From Octopus sinensis (taxonomy: Eukaryota), in contig NC_043005.1 of assembly GCF_006345805.1 (NCBI RefSeq), positions 58,342,001 through 58,406,000 of the forward strand: a DNA stretch of 64,000 nucleotides. Reading direction: 5' to 3'. The notes beneath the pieces were generated by a model. The model worked only from the letters and a program-made list of their open reading frames with translations. It did not search any database and was not told the origin of the DNA. Position numbers and translations under genes: made by a program. Below, piece by piece: positions 22,123-37,050 of this stretch (positions are counted from its first letter, which is position 1; every line of letters starts with the position of its first letter).

Positions 22123-24464
22123 ATATATATGTGTGTATGTATATATATATATATATATATACACACACATACACACACATACACATATATAGTCATATAT
22201 ACATATGTATATATACTCATGAGTACACATATATGTATATATACATACACACATATGTATATATGTATGAATGTATTTATATATGTATGTGTGTGTGTGT
22301 TTGCATATACATATATCTATCTATCTACCTATATACATACATTCATTCATTCATACACATGCACACATATATACACGTACACACACACACGCAAGATGAA
22401 GATATAAGTGTGTTGCTAATGATGTATTGACACTTGAAGCAAATGGTGGCTGAGTGATGCCTGAAGTTGTTCTGTGCTGACAGTGGACTATAACTTTGGG
22501 TAAAAATCTTAATACAATATAAAAACAGCTGGTAAAAATAAGCTCCAAGAATACGGGTGTTCACAAATTGTATGACAAAATATTGCAAAGGCAGGGCAGG
22601 ACTATTTACTTTAAAGCAAACCTACCCATCCAACTCCTGTCATAATGAAACAGACAGCAAAGATAATCTAGTCCATTAAAATAATAAATAAATGATTTAA
22701 ATAAAGCAAATTAATCAATAACATTAATGGCGGTGCTCCAGCATGGCCACAGCTCATGAGCTGAAACTAAAAATAAGAAATAAGAAAAAAAAAAGAAAAA
22801 ATATGTTTGAAAGAATTATTTCCCTTTGACATTAACTAGGAAATCTTGTTCCTTTGTCCTCAGAGTTTAACTTTGAATAATGACAAGAAGTAGTCAGACA
22901 CAGCAAGCTCATTATATTATTAGATTTAGCAAACATTACATTGATAGGTTCTGTTGATTGATGGCCATTTTTTTAGCTTCCACAATACCTTTACTTATTT
23001 GCAATATATGGAGAAAAATATTTATTGAGACTATAATTCATATTTTAATTGCTTTCTTGCTTAAACTGATTAGAGAATAAATTGAAATTAATATCATAAA
23101 TACAAGATGCTATGATAAAAAAAAAATATTAGAGAGACAAAAAATATTAAGAAGAATCATTGTCTAGACTATCAGGCATGATACTCTATGGTATGAATAA
23201 TTTAGTGGTTTCTGTAGCTGGATTTCGGTTCAAACCCTGCCATTGTTATCTTTTATTTTTGTTTTTTTTTCCCCTAATACTTAAAAAAATTTTTTTCTTG
23301 CTTACTGCAACAATCTGTTTATTTTTTTCATGTTCCATGCCATTCGTCATCAATGATCATGGATCTCCATGCCAAAATTTGAAGATTTATTATTTTTGTT
23401 GGGATAAATTCAAAGATAGTTTCCTTTTTACATTTTTACATTTTTTCTCTTCCTTTAATTTTTAATATTGAAAGTATTAAATGTTATTGTAAAATTCATT
23501 GTAACATATACAGTGTTGCCTAAAAAAAATGTAGAGATATATTCTAGTGTATATTATAACTCGGTTAACTTATCAATAATTTAATTTTTAAGTGGCTTTA
23601 AGGCAGCAAGCTGGTAGTATTGTTAGCCTGCCGGACAAAATGCTTAGCAGCATTTCATCTGTCTTAATGTTCTGAGTTCAAATTCCGCCGAGGTTGACTT
23701 TGCCTTTCATTCTTTCAGAGTTGATAAAATAAGTACCAGTTGAGCACTGGGGTTCATGTAATCAACGAACTCCCTCCACCGAGGTTGCTGGCTTTGTGTC
23801 AAAATTTAGTGGCATCTAATTCATCCCTACCTTCTGAGTTCAAATTCTGCTCTGGTTGACTTTGTCTTTCATCTGACATAAAGATACACACACATATATA
23901 TGATGGGCTTCTTTCAGTTCCCATCTACCAAATCTAAATCCAAGGCTTTATTCAGTCCAAGGATACAGTAGAAGACACTTGCCCAAGGTGCCATGCTGTG
24001 AGACTGAACCTTAGTTGATGTGATTGAGAAATAAACTTCTTACTACACAGCCATGCTTCATTCTGGCATGGGATGAACAGGTCTGTTTCAATAGAGTGTC
24101 TGACCAACACTTGCAGTTTATCATTATTTAATAAAATACAGACATCATAAGAGGGAATGACCATTCTTTGTTGTCATGTAAGTCATGTTCTTTACTTTTA
24201 TGTGGAGATGGGGACAAAAAGAGTGATTTTTTTTGTCATGTCTGGATGACCTGTCAATCACTGACAACATTATGACATGGAGTGGGTGGATTTTTAATTG
24301 TGATACTGGTACTAGAGCCATTCCATGATTGTGTCTCTCAACATTTGTGATTCTTCAGCTTTTGATTCATATGCACTCTCATGAATACGAATTCCACCGC
24401 CATCGTCATTATCATCAAAACTACCATCATCACCACCACCACCACCACCACCGACAGCAACAAC

Positions 24465-24850
24465 AACAACTTCCTCCTCTCATCCTCCAACCCCTCTCAT
24501 CCTCCAACCCCTCTCATCCTCCAACCCCTCTCATCCTCCAACCCCTCTCCCCTCTTCTTCTCCCTCTCCCTCCTCCTCTTCCTCCCCTCCTCCTCCTTCT
24601 ATCCTCCTCTCCTTCCATTCTCCTCCCCTTCCGCCCCATCCCCTTCTCCTCCTCATAATAATCATCATCATCCTCATTACCCCAACCACCCCTGCCACCA
24701 CCCTCCTCCACCCCTCTTGTTTCTCCTCTTCACCACCACCAACGCCACCCTTCCACCCCCCTCTCCATCTCCTCATACTGCTCTTGTTCCTCCACTTCCT
24801 CCCTCCTTTCTCTTCCTCCTCCTCCGCCTCACCACCACCACCACCACCAG
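24465..24850. repeat. Polypyrimidine/polypurine tract including a 17-bp tandem repeat (CCTCTCATCCTCCAACC)x4 at 24476-24543
   Basis: Direct reading. Confidence 0.85.
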
Positions 24851-26266
24851 TATTATCATCTTTTCCCATTATAGCTTGGGTTGAATGACCCAGGTTTCAT
24901 GCAGTGGGATTGAACCCAGAACTACCCAGTTGCAATGTGAGCTTCTTAACCACACTGCCTTTCTTGTGACTATGCAGTTTATCTTGCCTGAAATACAGCA
25001 TCTACCATAGTCTTCTTATCTGAAATATCTAATGTCATTATTTTTTGGAATATAGTTTCACCCTGGGCCTGTCCTGTTTGAGCAAACATATGATCAAAAA
25101 CATTACAGTCACTGCCTCTCCTTTACTCCTTTACTTGTTTCAGTCATTTGACTGTGGCCATGCTGGAGCACCGCCTTTAGTTGAGCAAATCGACCCCAGG
25201 ACTTATTTTTGTAAGCCTAGTACTTATTCTATCAGTTTCTTTTTGCCGAACCGCTAAGTTACAGGGACATAAACACACCAGCATCAATTGTCAAGTGATG
25301 TTGGGTGGGGGGGGGGACAAACGCACACACACACACACATATATATACATATAGACATATATAAGATAGGCTTCTTTCAGTTTCCATCTACCAAATCCAC
25401 TCACAAGGCTTTGGTTGGCCCGAGGCTATAGTAGAAGACACTTGCCCAAGGTGCCCCGCAGTGGGACTGAACCCAGAACCATGTGGCTGGTAAGCAAGCT
25501 ACTTACCACACAGCCATTCCTGTGCCATTCTATCTTTTCTTTTTTTTTTCAGACACAGAGTATTTAGGACTACATTATACAATGTGTCCTTTTCAATTAG
25601 GAAAAACAAAAAAAAAACTTTCTAGAGATGCCAGGGTGAGATTTGATGTGAATTTAGCTGTTAGTTCTAGCAATATCAAATGGTGTTATCTCTTTTCTTA
25701 TTGTAGATTTCAGTGGTATATTGCTGTTATTTTGTTTTCAAATGTATAAAAAATAAAAAAGAAATTATGAAATTGTTTAATATTGTAAATCTCTAACATT
25801 CTCAGTATTAGATAACATTCAGTAACAGAAAAAAAAACTACATCCTGCTTCCTACAGAATTAAAAGAAATACACGCGCACACACACAGACGCACACACAT
25901 ACACATAAATCAAAAACTGCCCAAAAATATCCTATCATTTTTTAAAAGTATTTTTGAAAATACATATACATACATACATACATGCGTTCCCCACACACAC
26001 TCGCACACTTGCACAGACAGGGAGAGACAAATATGCATACACACACAATGCATACATATTTATATATAAAAATATATCTTTTATATGTTGATATCTTGGT
26101 ATGGAAAATAAAGCAAGGAAAATTATGTTATAGTTGTAATAATAATGATGATGACAACGATGATGATGATGATAATCATGATGATGATGATGATGATTTC
26201 TAACATTATAAAATGATATTTTTTGTATAATAACAATAATAACAAAAATAATAATGATGACAATAA

Positions 26267-26319
<53 letters not shown>

Positions 26320-27245
26320 TAATGATGATGATAAACATTTGTTTTTTTATAGCCATAAGGGTGATGAATGCCGGGGTAGCTATCATAAAAACAGGTTATA
26401 GAAAAGAGTCCTTTTTAGTTCTTTTTTGTTTTGTTTTTTTTCTCATCAGGTGGGTGGATGGTGGAGAAAAAACAAAAAAACAAAAGCAAAAAGAATGAAA
26501 GTGTCTGAATGTGTATATTAGTTATAGAATCCTAAAACCCAATCTATATAATTTGCAACTGAAAAATACTGTTTTATATTCTAAGGAGATGGCCTGATGT
26601 ATGCTGAACAGATAGACACATTTTCGGTTATCGTGTATTTATTTACTTATTTATATATGTATTTATTCAAAAAACAAAAACAGAAATATAAAAAAAGAAA
26701 AAAGAAGAAAGAAAGAATGAAGGAAGGTGTGTTTGGTGTAGGTGGGAGGAATGTCTGTACAGGTTTCACTGTGAAACTTTATATATATATGTGTGTGCAT
26801 GGTTTTTTAAAAACTGTCCTGTGATTATGTGGTTGTTTTTCAAGTAGTGGATAAATTGGCAGATTTTGATGTCTGATAATAAACCGTTTCCAGTGTTTTG
26901 GCTGGTGGAATATGTGGATATGGGTGTTTAGGTGAGGAGTATGTGTAAATATCTGTCTGTCTGTAAGTATGTATGTGTATATAAAATATATATATATATA
27001 TATATATTCTTATGCACATATATTCTTAACATAATTCTCAGGGACATTCAGCCTGACACAGAATGTGACAAGGCTGGTTCTTTGAATTATAGTTACAGCT
27101 CATTTTTATGAGATGAGTAGACTGGAGCAACATGGAATAAAGTGTCTTGCTCAAGGACACAATGTGCCACCAGGAATTGAACTCATGACCTTATGATCAT
27201 GAGCTGAATACCCTAACCACTAAGCCATGTCCCTTCATGCATATA

Positions 27246-27811
27246 ATGGGTTGTCCAGAAAGTTCGTGCCGATTTATAGTAGCTTACCTTTCGACTTATT
27301 TTAGAACATAGTTGAGTCCATAAAATTGGATTTGACTACACCTCCATTTAGAGCACAGTTTAAGCTATCTTTTCGTGGAAGAAGGTTTATGTTTCTATAA
27401 CCTTTGTTAATTCTGTAACCTTTTAAAATAAAAGATGAGAAAGTTCATTTTCGGCACTTGATGCTTTGGGAACCAGACAAAAATTGCAGCAGCTCGGCTG
27501 GGATGTGTTACCCCGCCCTCCATATTCCCCAGATATTGCTCCTTCAGATTTCCACTTATTCAGGTCTCTGCAGAATAGTCTTAATGGTAAAAATTTCAAT
27601 TCCTTGGATGACGTAAAAAGATACCTTCATGAATTCTTTGATCTGAAACCACCTCAATTCTGGGAAGAGGGTATTTTGATGTTAAAGGAAAGATGGAGAT
27701 GTGTTGTGCAACAAAATGGTTCATATTTGGTTGATTAAAAATGTAATGGCAAGTATTTATTGACCTTTTTCTTTCCTTTAAAAATCGGCACGAACTTTCT
27801 GGGCAACCCAA
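27246..27811 (+). mobile_element. Internally deleted mariner (Tc1/mariner) element with both TIRs
   Basis: TIRs GGGTTGTCCAGAAAGTTCGTGCCGATTT and AAATCGGCACGAACTTTCTGGGCAACCC. The N-terminal KDEKVHFRHLMLWE is fused near 27471 to the C-terminal TRQKLQQLGWDVLPRPPYSPDIAPSDFHLFRSLQN...WRCVVQQNGSYLVD*. Confidence 0.9.
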
Positions 27812-27813
27812 TG

Positions 27814-27900
<87 letters not shown>

Positions 27901-28019
27901 CAACCATTTTCCATGCAAGCATGGGTTGGATGGTGCGACAACAACTGGTAAGTCAGAAGATTGCACCACATATGCATGTGTGTGGGTATATATATGTGTA
28001 TATATATATATTCATAGTA

Positions 28020-28511
28020 CATAAAAGTTGCAGTGGTATCACAAGAAAGTTGACAGAGAAAGCAGCCTTTATATGTTGCAGATATGCAGGTACATTAAAC
28101 ACCAGAAATGTGCAATAAATCAACTCCCTCAGATGTCCTTACAAGTGGTAGACAGTTTCTGTTACTCATGCAATCAAGTTAGCAGTGGAGGAGATAGTTC
28201 TGAAAGTGTAGCTGCTAAAATAAGAATAGGCTGGGCAAAGTTCAGAGAGCTTCTACCTTTGTTGGTAACAAAGGGCCACTTCCTCAGAGTGAAAGGCAGA
28301 TTGTATGATGCCTGTATATGGACAACTATGCTACATGGCAGTGAGATATGGGCTGTGACTACTGAGGGTATGTGAAGGCTTGAAAGAAATGAAGCTAGTA
28401 TGCTCCACTGGGTGGATAATGTCTGTGTTCATGTACAACAGAGTGTAAGTGATTTGTGAGAAAAATTGGGTGTATGAGGCATCACACGTAGTGTGAAAGA
28501 GAGAAGACTGT
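28020..28511 (+). mobile_element. RTE-clade LINE reverse transcriptase C-terminal fragment, decayed
   Basis: VVDSFCY...SSGGDSSESVAAKIRIGWAKFRELLPLLVTKGHFLRVKGRLYDACIWTTMLHGSEIWAV is the typical post-RT region of RTE elements; stops follow. Confidence 0.85.
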
Positions 28512-28756
28512 AGAAAAAATTTCTATAATTTTTCCTACCCTATATTAATTTTAAGAAATGATTTTAGCAATTCCTGAAGTTTAGTCGGAATTTTTTATTT
28601 GCTGCTGAGTGAAACTGCTCTTGCACGGTGGATTTGAAAACTTATAATATATAAGGATGAAACACATGTTATTTTGTCTCTAATTTATATGTTAAATATA
28701 ACATATAATATATAATATAATATAATATAATATTAATATAATATATAACATATATG

Positions 28757-28803
<47 letters not shown>

Positions 28804-28835
28804 CATATATATATATAACATATATAATATAGCGT

Positions 28836-28908
28836 ACCAGCTGATGAAAACTTCGCCTTGCAAATTATTTTATTTGCTAATCAAAGTTCGAAACCTAAGG
28901 TCTGGCTG
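28836..28908 (+). ncRNA. Degenerate type-I hammerhead-like motif with extended stem II
   Basis: CUGAUGA-AAACUU...AAGUUC-GAA-ACC(UAA)GGU-C-UGG: canonical core, GUC site, 3-bp stem III. The 10.1-11.1 pair and stem I are imperfect. Confidence 0.5.
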
Positions 28909-29085
28909 TAAAACATGTTTTTATTTTTCATTCCCTTCGAAATTGCTCTTAACTGTGATTTGGACTTTTTGACCGTCCCTTCTAGCATGTGAGGAGACTT
29001 GTTAAGACCCACCTCTTTTGCGTTTAAATGTACACTAATTTTATATATGTATATATATATATATATGTGTGTGTACATATATACT

Positions 29086-29133
<48 letters not shown>

Positions 29134-32100
29134 GCTCCCTTGAATCACTTGCACTTATAATTAATAGGGATAAATTAATATCTGCATAAATACAGCAATA
29201 CATTTTCCAAACTTTCATTAGCTTAGGTCTTTTTTTTCCTCATAATATACCTTAAATCTTATCATAAGAACTAATATCTTCAAGTTTAATAACAGTCCTT
29301 GACATTTATGATCTGTCACTTTAAATCTGCTCCAACACATATGAGTTAAGCTCGTAAGCTCTTTGCTCAATATTCTGTCTGTGTTCATATGATAATTTAT
29401 ACCTCAAGCAGAAATACTGCCCTTTGGCAGGTTTTCTGTTTGTACGTGTTAAACTGAAAAAGCCTAATGTGGTAACAATTAATAGAGTATGCATATTGTA
29501 TTATATACATTTGTGAATAACTGAATGAAACTTGAATGAAATGTGTTATTTCTATGCATCTTTGATATGATAATTATAGTTTAAAAAGTTTTCACAAGTA
29601 TACTCAAAATATCTTGAAGAAAGGCCTTGGAATCCATTTTTGATAAAAACAATTGAATAGTAGCAGCTGAGAGAAATGGAGAGAGGGGGAAGGAGAGAGA
29701 GGAAAAGTGAGCAAGGAAGAGTGTTGCAAGGAAAGGAACTGAAGATAACGAAGAAAAGTAATTGAAATAGAAGTATTACAAAAAGAGATGGAAAGAAAGA
29801 GAGAAGAAAAACACTACAATGAGCATGAGAAGAAAATTTATAAGGATAGAGAAAAAGGAAGACAAAGAGGGAAACAGGTGTTAAGCAAAAAGGAAAACCA
29901 TGTAGTCAAGTATTTTTAATTAAAAGAATTGAATGGATGTGGTTAAGAGAGTAAGAGAAAGAGAGAGAGAGAGAAAGAGAGAGGAGGGGAAGCATTGTAA
30001 GGAAAGATAGTGAGAATAATTGTGAGAGAAGAAAAGCATTAAGAATAGAGAAAGATAGAGAAATAGAAGCAGTAAAAAAAGACATGGAAAAAGGGAAGAC
30101 TTAAAAAAAATCCCTTCTAGCAACGTCTAGATTTTATTTCACAGTGAATTAAAATTGAATCATGTAGTTGAAATGATCAATAATAAAAGGGAATAAAAAA
30201 CCACATTTTGTTAAAAATATACAAAAATTGGAATTTAAAAAATTTTCTAGAAGATGTAGACTTAAATAATTGCTTTCTACTAGCTGATTCAAAAGTAACT
30301 ACCTTCATTATAGTATAGATATAGCCTCAATCATTATTCCCCATCTACACCTATTTTCAATCCCACATATGTATGCTTCTTCTAAGAAACTATGACATGA
30401 TATTTTTCAGAAATTTTTCCTGATATTTTTTAATGTTTTCGTATATGTATTTTTACATTGTTTATATCTTTAATATTTAAATATTTAAAATATTTTTGAT
30501 ATTTGTTCATACTTCTATATTTTGATGCTGTGTATTTGATATTTTATGTTTATATCTTACATTAGGAAACTTGTGCTATCGCATATATCTTCATATATAT
30601 ATAGATATATATTTTTCATTTCTTATGTTTATATTCTTTTAAATCCTGAGATTTTTTATCGACATATGGTATATAGTTATTTTCTATAGTCTACTACGTC
30701 TGTATCAGAGTTTTTACACACCCCATTATTATATTAACATTTTAAGTTTTATATTCCTCCCACTTCTCTAGTTACATGCCTCCTGCTTCTCTAGTTATCA
30801 TATCATTTTGTTTATTTCCTTAGTCTTTGTCGAGCTATGTTGGTGTGTATGTTAACACTTCTTATACCAGCATAAAATCCACCCTCTCTCTGTATGATTG
30901 GTAATGGTGTTTCTCACAACCCTTGAAAATTTTCTCAAAGCACTTTCTTAATTAAAATGGTTTGCAAATGATTAGTTTTTAGAGTATTATAGTTCACTTG
31001 AAGCATTGTAGTACACAAGTATTTCTCATTTCAATCAGTTTATAATTTTAACCCATATGCATTAACTTTATTTAGCTATTAACCTTAACATGTCATTCTC
31101 AATGATTAAGGGTGAATTATCCAATTGTTTAGAGGGTTTCATGCTTTGATCTCATTCCTGTATTATTTCTTCTTTCATCCTAAATTTTAGGGTTTCTTCT
31201 CTTTTAATCATTAACTCTATATTTGTGAGTTTTGCTTCTAAATTTCAAGACTTTATTTATTTCCAACCACATGTATCAGTTTTTGCTTTTATGGCTTTCT
31301 AAGATGCATAATTGAATCGCCACCTCTATAGATTTCATTTGGTTTCCTTATTACTCACCTCAGTAACCCTTAACGTGGTTTTCATTATTGTTTCTCCATA
31401 AGTCTTTATCTTATGCACATTTTAACATAATATACCTTAAGTACAGATCTCTGTTGCACTTTGTCTCATTTTTACATTATTACAGCCTTGTCTGGGATTC
31501 TTCAGTTCATCCTTAGTTACATTCATAATTTGTTTTATATCAATATTTTCCTTTATCTTTCATTTTGCTCTTCTCTTAATACTATTAAATTAGCATCCCA
31601 TCACCCTCTACACCCCACTGCATCACTACATAGTCTTTATTGCCAACACCACATAAAACCTGTGCTGGTGCCACCTGAAGCTCATGCCAGTGCCACGAAA
31701 AAAGCACCTGTGCTGGCACCATGTAAATGCACCCAGTACACTCTGTAAAATGGTTGGAGTTATGAAGGGAATCAAACTGTAGAAGCCATGACAAATCAGA
31801 CAACTGGTGCCTGGTGATTCCCCACCCCCCTCCAGCTTTCCAGCTCCTGTCAAACCATACCAACACATGTCAGCTTGGAAAATAGATGGTAAATGACGAT
31901 GACGATGATGATGGTGTTTTGTCATAGCCCTGGAGGTACTTCTTCCTTCACTTGATTGTTTAGTCTGAACCTTGAACCATATACTTACAATTTTGTTCTT
32001 CTGTAGCCAGTCATACTTGCCTCCTGTCAATTCCTTATTTCCTTCATTTCTGCCTACCATGTAGTTGCATTATTATCTCTCTGCATTCTGACACAGAACA

Positions 32101-33397
32101 ATTTTTAAATGAGCTAACTTACTAATTTAATTAACCAATAAGCTATTAATTTACTTAACCCATTCGTTACCAACCTGGCTGAAACTGGTTCTGGGTCTTT
32201 AGTATAAATGTCTTGTTTTCATAAGTTTTGAATTCAAATCTTCCACCAAATCTTAGTCACAATTTATGTTCTTAACACTAGCTTAATGATAACGATGTTA
32301 TTTTACTAAATTCTTTGTTATATTTAAAATAATTGGAAGAAACACAGAGCATCTCAAAATAAATACAGTAATGAAAGGGTTAATCCCTAATCATTCGAAA
32401 AATGAATTTTATCTCATTCATCCCCTCATTCCAATGAACTCTGTAATTTTTTACCCCCTTTCCATTACATTTGTTTCTTTTCTCTTTTTACATTTTTAAT
32501 GTTTTTCCTTTTTAGTTTATTCTCATCTTTGCCCTACTCAACATAAAGGGTCAATGGGTCACTGATACATGGTTCCATATATATATATCTACCTCTGTCA
32601 ATCCACTTTAACATTCTTCAAAGGAATGAATATTAAACAAAATATTGTCCGGAACTATCTTATTATCTTAATCATCTGTCTTATGGCTTGCTCTTGGATT
32701 TTATTGCCAGTCACGGCTTCCTTTGCCTATCATGCCACTACTCTCCAAATTACCATTTTCATCTCAGCACTTATATATTCATCCTTTTCTTAAACACCAT
32801 TATTACTGCTACCACCAACATTGTGGTCGTCATCATCATCATCACCGTTGCTGCTGCCATCATCACTGTCATTGTCATCACCATTGTCACTCTCACTGTC
32901 ATTGCCATCATTATCATCATCCCCATTGCTGTTGTTGTCGTTGTTGTCATCATCAACATATTATTATTATTATTATTATTATTCTCTCTTTACTCTTTTA
33001 CTTGTTTCAGTCATTTGACTGCGGCCATGCTGGAGCACTGCCTTTAGTCGAGCAAATCAACCCCGGGACTTATTCTTTGTAAGCCCAGTACTTATTCTAT
33101 CGGTCTCTTTTTTGCCGAACTGCTAAGTTACAGGGACATAAACACACCACCATCGGTTGTCAAACAATGCTAGGAAGACAAACACAGACACACAAACGCA
33201 CACACACACATACATATATATATATACATATATACGACAGGCTTCTTTCAGTTTCCGTCTACCAAATCCACTCACAAGGCATTGGTCGGCCCGGGGCTAT
33301 AGCAGAAGACACTTGCCTAAGATGCCATGCAGTGGGACTGAACCCGGAACTATGTGGTTGGTTAGCAAGCTACTTACCACACAGCCACTCCTGTGCC

Positions 33398-33466
<69 letters not shown>

Positions 33467-34320
33467 TACATATATTTATCTATGTGTCATATATATACAC
33501 ACAGGAGGCCTATTGAGTTAAGTACGTCAACATCAACATCAAAATAAAAATCAAATGGAAATTGTAGTTATGATACCCGTGCTGGTGGCGCATAAAAAGC
33601 ACCCACTACACACACGGAGTGGTTGGCGTTAGGAAGGGCATCCAACTGTAGAAACATTGCCAGATCAGACTGGAGCCTGGTGCAGCCACCTGGCTTCCCA
33701 GACCCCGGTCGAACCATCCAACCAATGCTAGCATGGAAAACGGACATAAAACGATGATGATGATGATGTGTGTATGTGTATGTTTATACAGACATATATT
33801 TATATATATAGATCAATGGATATGTAAATATTATAGATTCATAAATAAGGAAATGCTTGCGAAATACATACATATCATTAAGTATAGCATGAAATATACA
33901 CTTAACTGTATATATATATGTTTTTAGGCTGTCATTAAAATACAATCTGAGAAAGAAATATCTAATATGGGTGGAATTGATTTTTAAGCACTAACTGAAG
34001 AATTTTTTTAAAAATAAAAACTAAAAGAAATTCTTCACTTTTCCCTTTTTTTGTTTTGTTTTGTTTGTTTTTGAATAATGTGCAGAAGGATGCTGTAGAT
34101 TTCCTTTCATTTTGATAATTTAAAGATAAATAATGTTTCAATCAACACAATAATGGCTATTGTCATCATTGGCACCACCACCACTAGAACCACTACCACA
34201 ACAATCACTACCACTGCCACCACCAGAACCACTACCACCACAATCACAACCACTGCCACCACTACCATCACTATCACAGCTGCCAATACTAACACCACAA
34301 TCTCTGTCATTGCTGCTACC

Positions 34321-34352
<32 letters not shown>

Positions 34353-34401
34353 CAACAAAAACAACAACAACAGCAACAACAACAACAATAACAGCAGCAG
34401 C

Positions 34402-34444
<43 letters not shown>

Positions 34445-36689
34445 GCAACAGCAATCTCTTCCCCATAATTGAATCTCCAACTCCACTCCTCTTCCTCCTA
34501 GCATGAATATCTCCAAGGTGTGGTAAGAAGCTTGCTTCCCAACTACATGGTACCAGGTTCAGTCCCACTATGTGGCATCTTGGGCAAGTGTCTTCTGCTA
34601 TAGACTTGCGCTGACCAGAGTCTTTGTGGGTGGATTTCATAGATAGAGACTGAAAGAAGCCTGTCGTATATATATATATATATATATGCATATATGTGTG
34701 TGTGTATCTTTGTGTCTGAGTTTGTCCTCCCCTATGGCTTGACAACTGGTGTTGGTGTGCTTACATCCCCACAATTAAGTGCTCCAGCAAAAGAGACTGA
34801 TATGGTAAGAACTAGGCTTCAACAAACAAGTACTGGTGGGGTGTGGGGACGGTGGGGAGGCGGTTGGTTCGACTAAAATTTTTCAAGGTCATGCCCCAGC
34901 ATAGCCACATTCTAATGGCTGAAACAAATAAACCATCATAACTATTCTCATCATCACTTCTCCCTGTTTCCCTAGCACCACCTTTCCATCCTCTCACATC
35001 ATCATCATCACCATCACCATTATTGTCATCATCATCATTTTCATAATCAATCACCACCACCCATCATCATCATCATCAACTTCGCCATCATTGCTGTCAT
35101 CGTCGTCATCATCACCATCATCATCCTCACCATCACCATCACCATCGTAACCATATATCCACATCATGGTGATAGTTCATGCTACAAAAGCATTTAATGA
35201 AACAGCCAAGTTTGTCTATCACATCTAATTTCCACGGAATCAGTAATTAAGGCATCACACTACTATTGCTGTCACTTATTCAACTGATGCAATTTTAATT
35301 AGGTACCACAGCTAGTTAGTACATACAAACCAAAGAGAAAGATAGCCCCTGGCTTGAGCAGATAAGGACCATCTTTCTCAGCTTAAATCTAACAACTTTT
35401 TTCCAACTATTTCTTTGATCACCCTTTTTCAGAAGATCAGGGGTAGTGTCTTTGACTGTGGACATGACCATTTGCAGGGCCTTCATTTCTGATGGGGGAA
35501 GGAATGGGATAGAAGGAAGAAACTCCGATTTATACTGCTACTGTAAGGAGAATTGTATCAAAATACTGAGTTATTCTCACATACCAAAGGCTTGGTCCAA
35601 ATGTTATGAACAAAATTGACTCTTTGCAAATGCAAGAGTGGCTGTGTGGTAAAGAGCTTGCTTACCAACCACATGATTCCAGGTTCATTCCCACTAAGTG
35701 GCACCTTGGGCAAGTGTCTTCTTCTATAGCCTCGGGCCAATAAAAGCCTTGTGAGTGGATTTGGTAGACGGAAACTGTAAGAAGCCCGTCGTATATATGT
35801 ATGTGTGTGCATATGTTTGTGTGTCTGTGTTTGTTCCACCAACATCGCTTGACAATTGATGGTGGTGTGTTTATGTCCCTCTAACTTATCGGTTCGGCAA
35901 AAGAGCCCGATAGAATAAGTACTAGGCTTACAAAGAATAAGTCCTGGGGTTGGGGTTGATTTGCTCAACTAAAGGCGGTGCTCCCGCATGGCTACAGTCA
36001 AATGCCTGAAACAAGTAAAAGAGTTAAAGAGAGAGCACCCAACGACCAGGTTGTGATGATAAATGTCCATCCAGCAAATATCATCCATCCCTTTGTATCA
36101 TATTTCATATTGCCTGCTTCTAGCAGATCAAAAATTTCATGCTGGTGATAACCATGTAAACCAACTATTATGTGTTTCATGGTTGGACTGTCATTGATTA
36201 AATGGGCAATACTATTGAAAGACCTTACCCTAATATATGGAACAGACACACTGGGCAGTTTCATAAAAGTCCCGTGGGTCAAGGGACACCATGCAAATCT
36301 ATGTATGCTGTAGTTTACCATCAATGCTAAAGCCTCCAGTTCATTGCTTTGCTTGGGGTTGGGGAGAGACTGTTATGAGATTAAGATGGTTTTGACTGAC
36401 AGAACATAAAATCATACCTGCAAACTAGGGCAGATGAATTCAAAAACATGTCAACAATTATCTATGAAATCTACAGAATCTACAAATGAAGCAGGACATC
36501 AAAGTTTTTTAGCCTGGCATTGCTGACTCAGTTGGCAGTTCCTGTGCTTGATTGTTTCTCTTTGATGCCTCGCATTCCATCTAACCTAAGGATAATTGAA
36601 GGACCACTCAAGGTGACTTAAATCTGACCTGGCTAGGTGCATGGTCAGAAATGAACTGACTGCAATTGCTCTTTTCGAAGTAAAATTAC

Positions 36690-37050
36690 TTTTAAATGTG
36701 CAGGTGACATATGTTCAGGCTGGTAAGTTATTGGAATATATTGTTTGTTTGTTCCTTCTTGAGTCATGCCTGGCTCATAAGGGCCAGTTCCCTGGTTTCC
36801 TTGGTGTATAGGTTCCCTACCTGGATGGGACACTGATCCGTCACAGGTGAGCTGCAAGATGCAGGAGGAAAGAATGAGAGAAAGTTGTGGTGAAAGAGTC
36901 AGCAGAAGTTTGCCATTATCTTCTGCCAGAGCTGCGTGAAGCTTAGGTGTTTCGCTCATAAACACACACATTGTCCAGTCTGAGATTCGAACCCGTGATC
37001 CCTTGACTGCGAGTCTGCTGCTCTAACCACTAGGCCATGTGCCTCCACAT
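36690..37050 (-). mobile_element. tRNA-derived SINE, family C (head GCACATGGCCTAGTGGTTAGAGCAG...GGTTCGAATCTCAGAC)
   Basis: tRNA-like A/B boxes on the minus strand; related copies at 11175-11365(-), 40805-40935(+), 50740-51020(-). Confidence 0.8.

Noticed and set aside
29640-31500. Strand-asymmetric AT-rich region suggestive of an old minus-strand LINE RT
   Set aside because: Only vague motif echoes with many stops; I could not assemble a convincing alignment.
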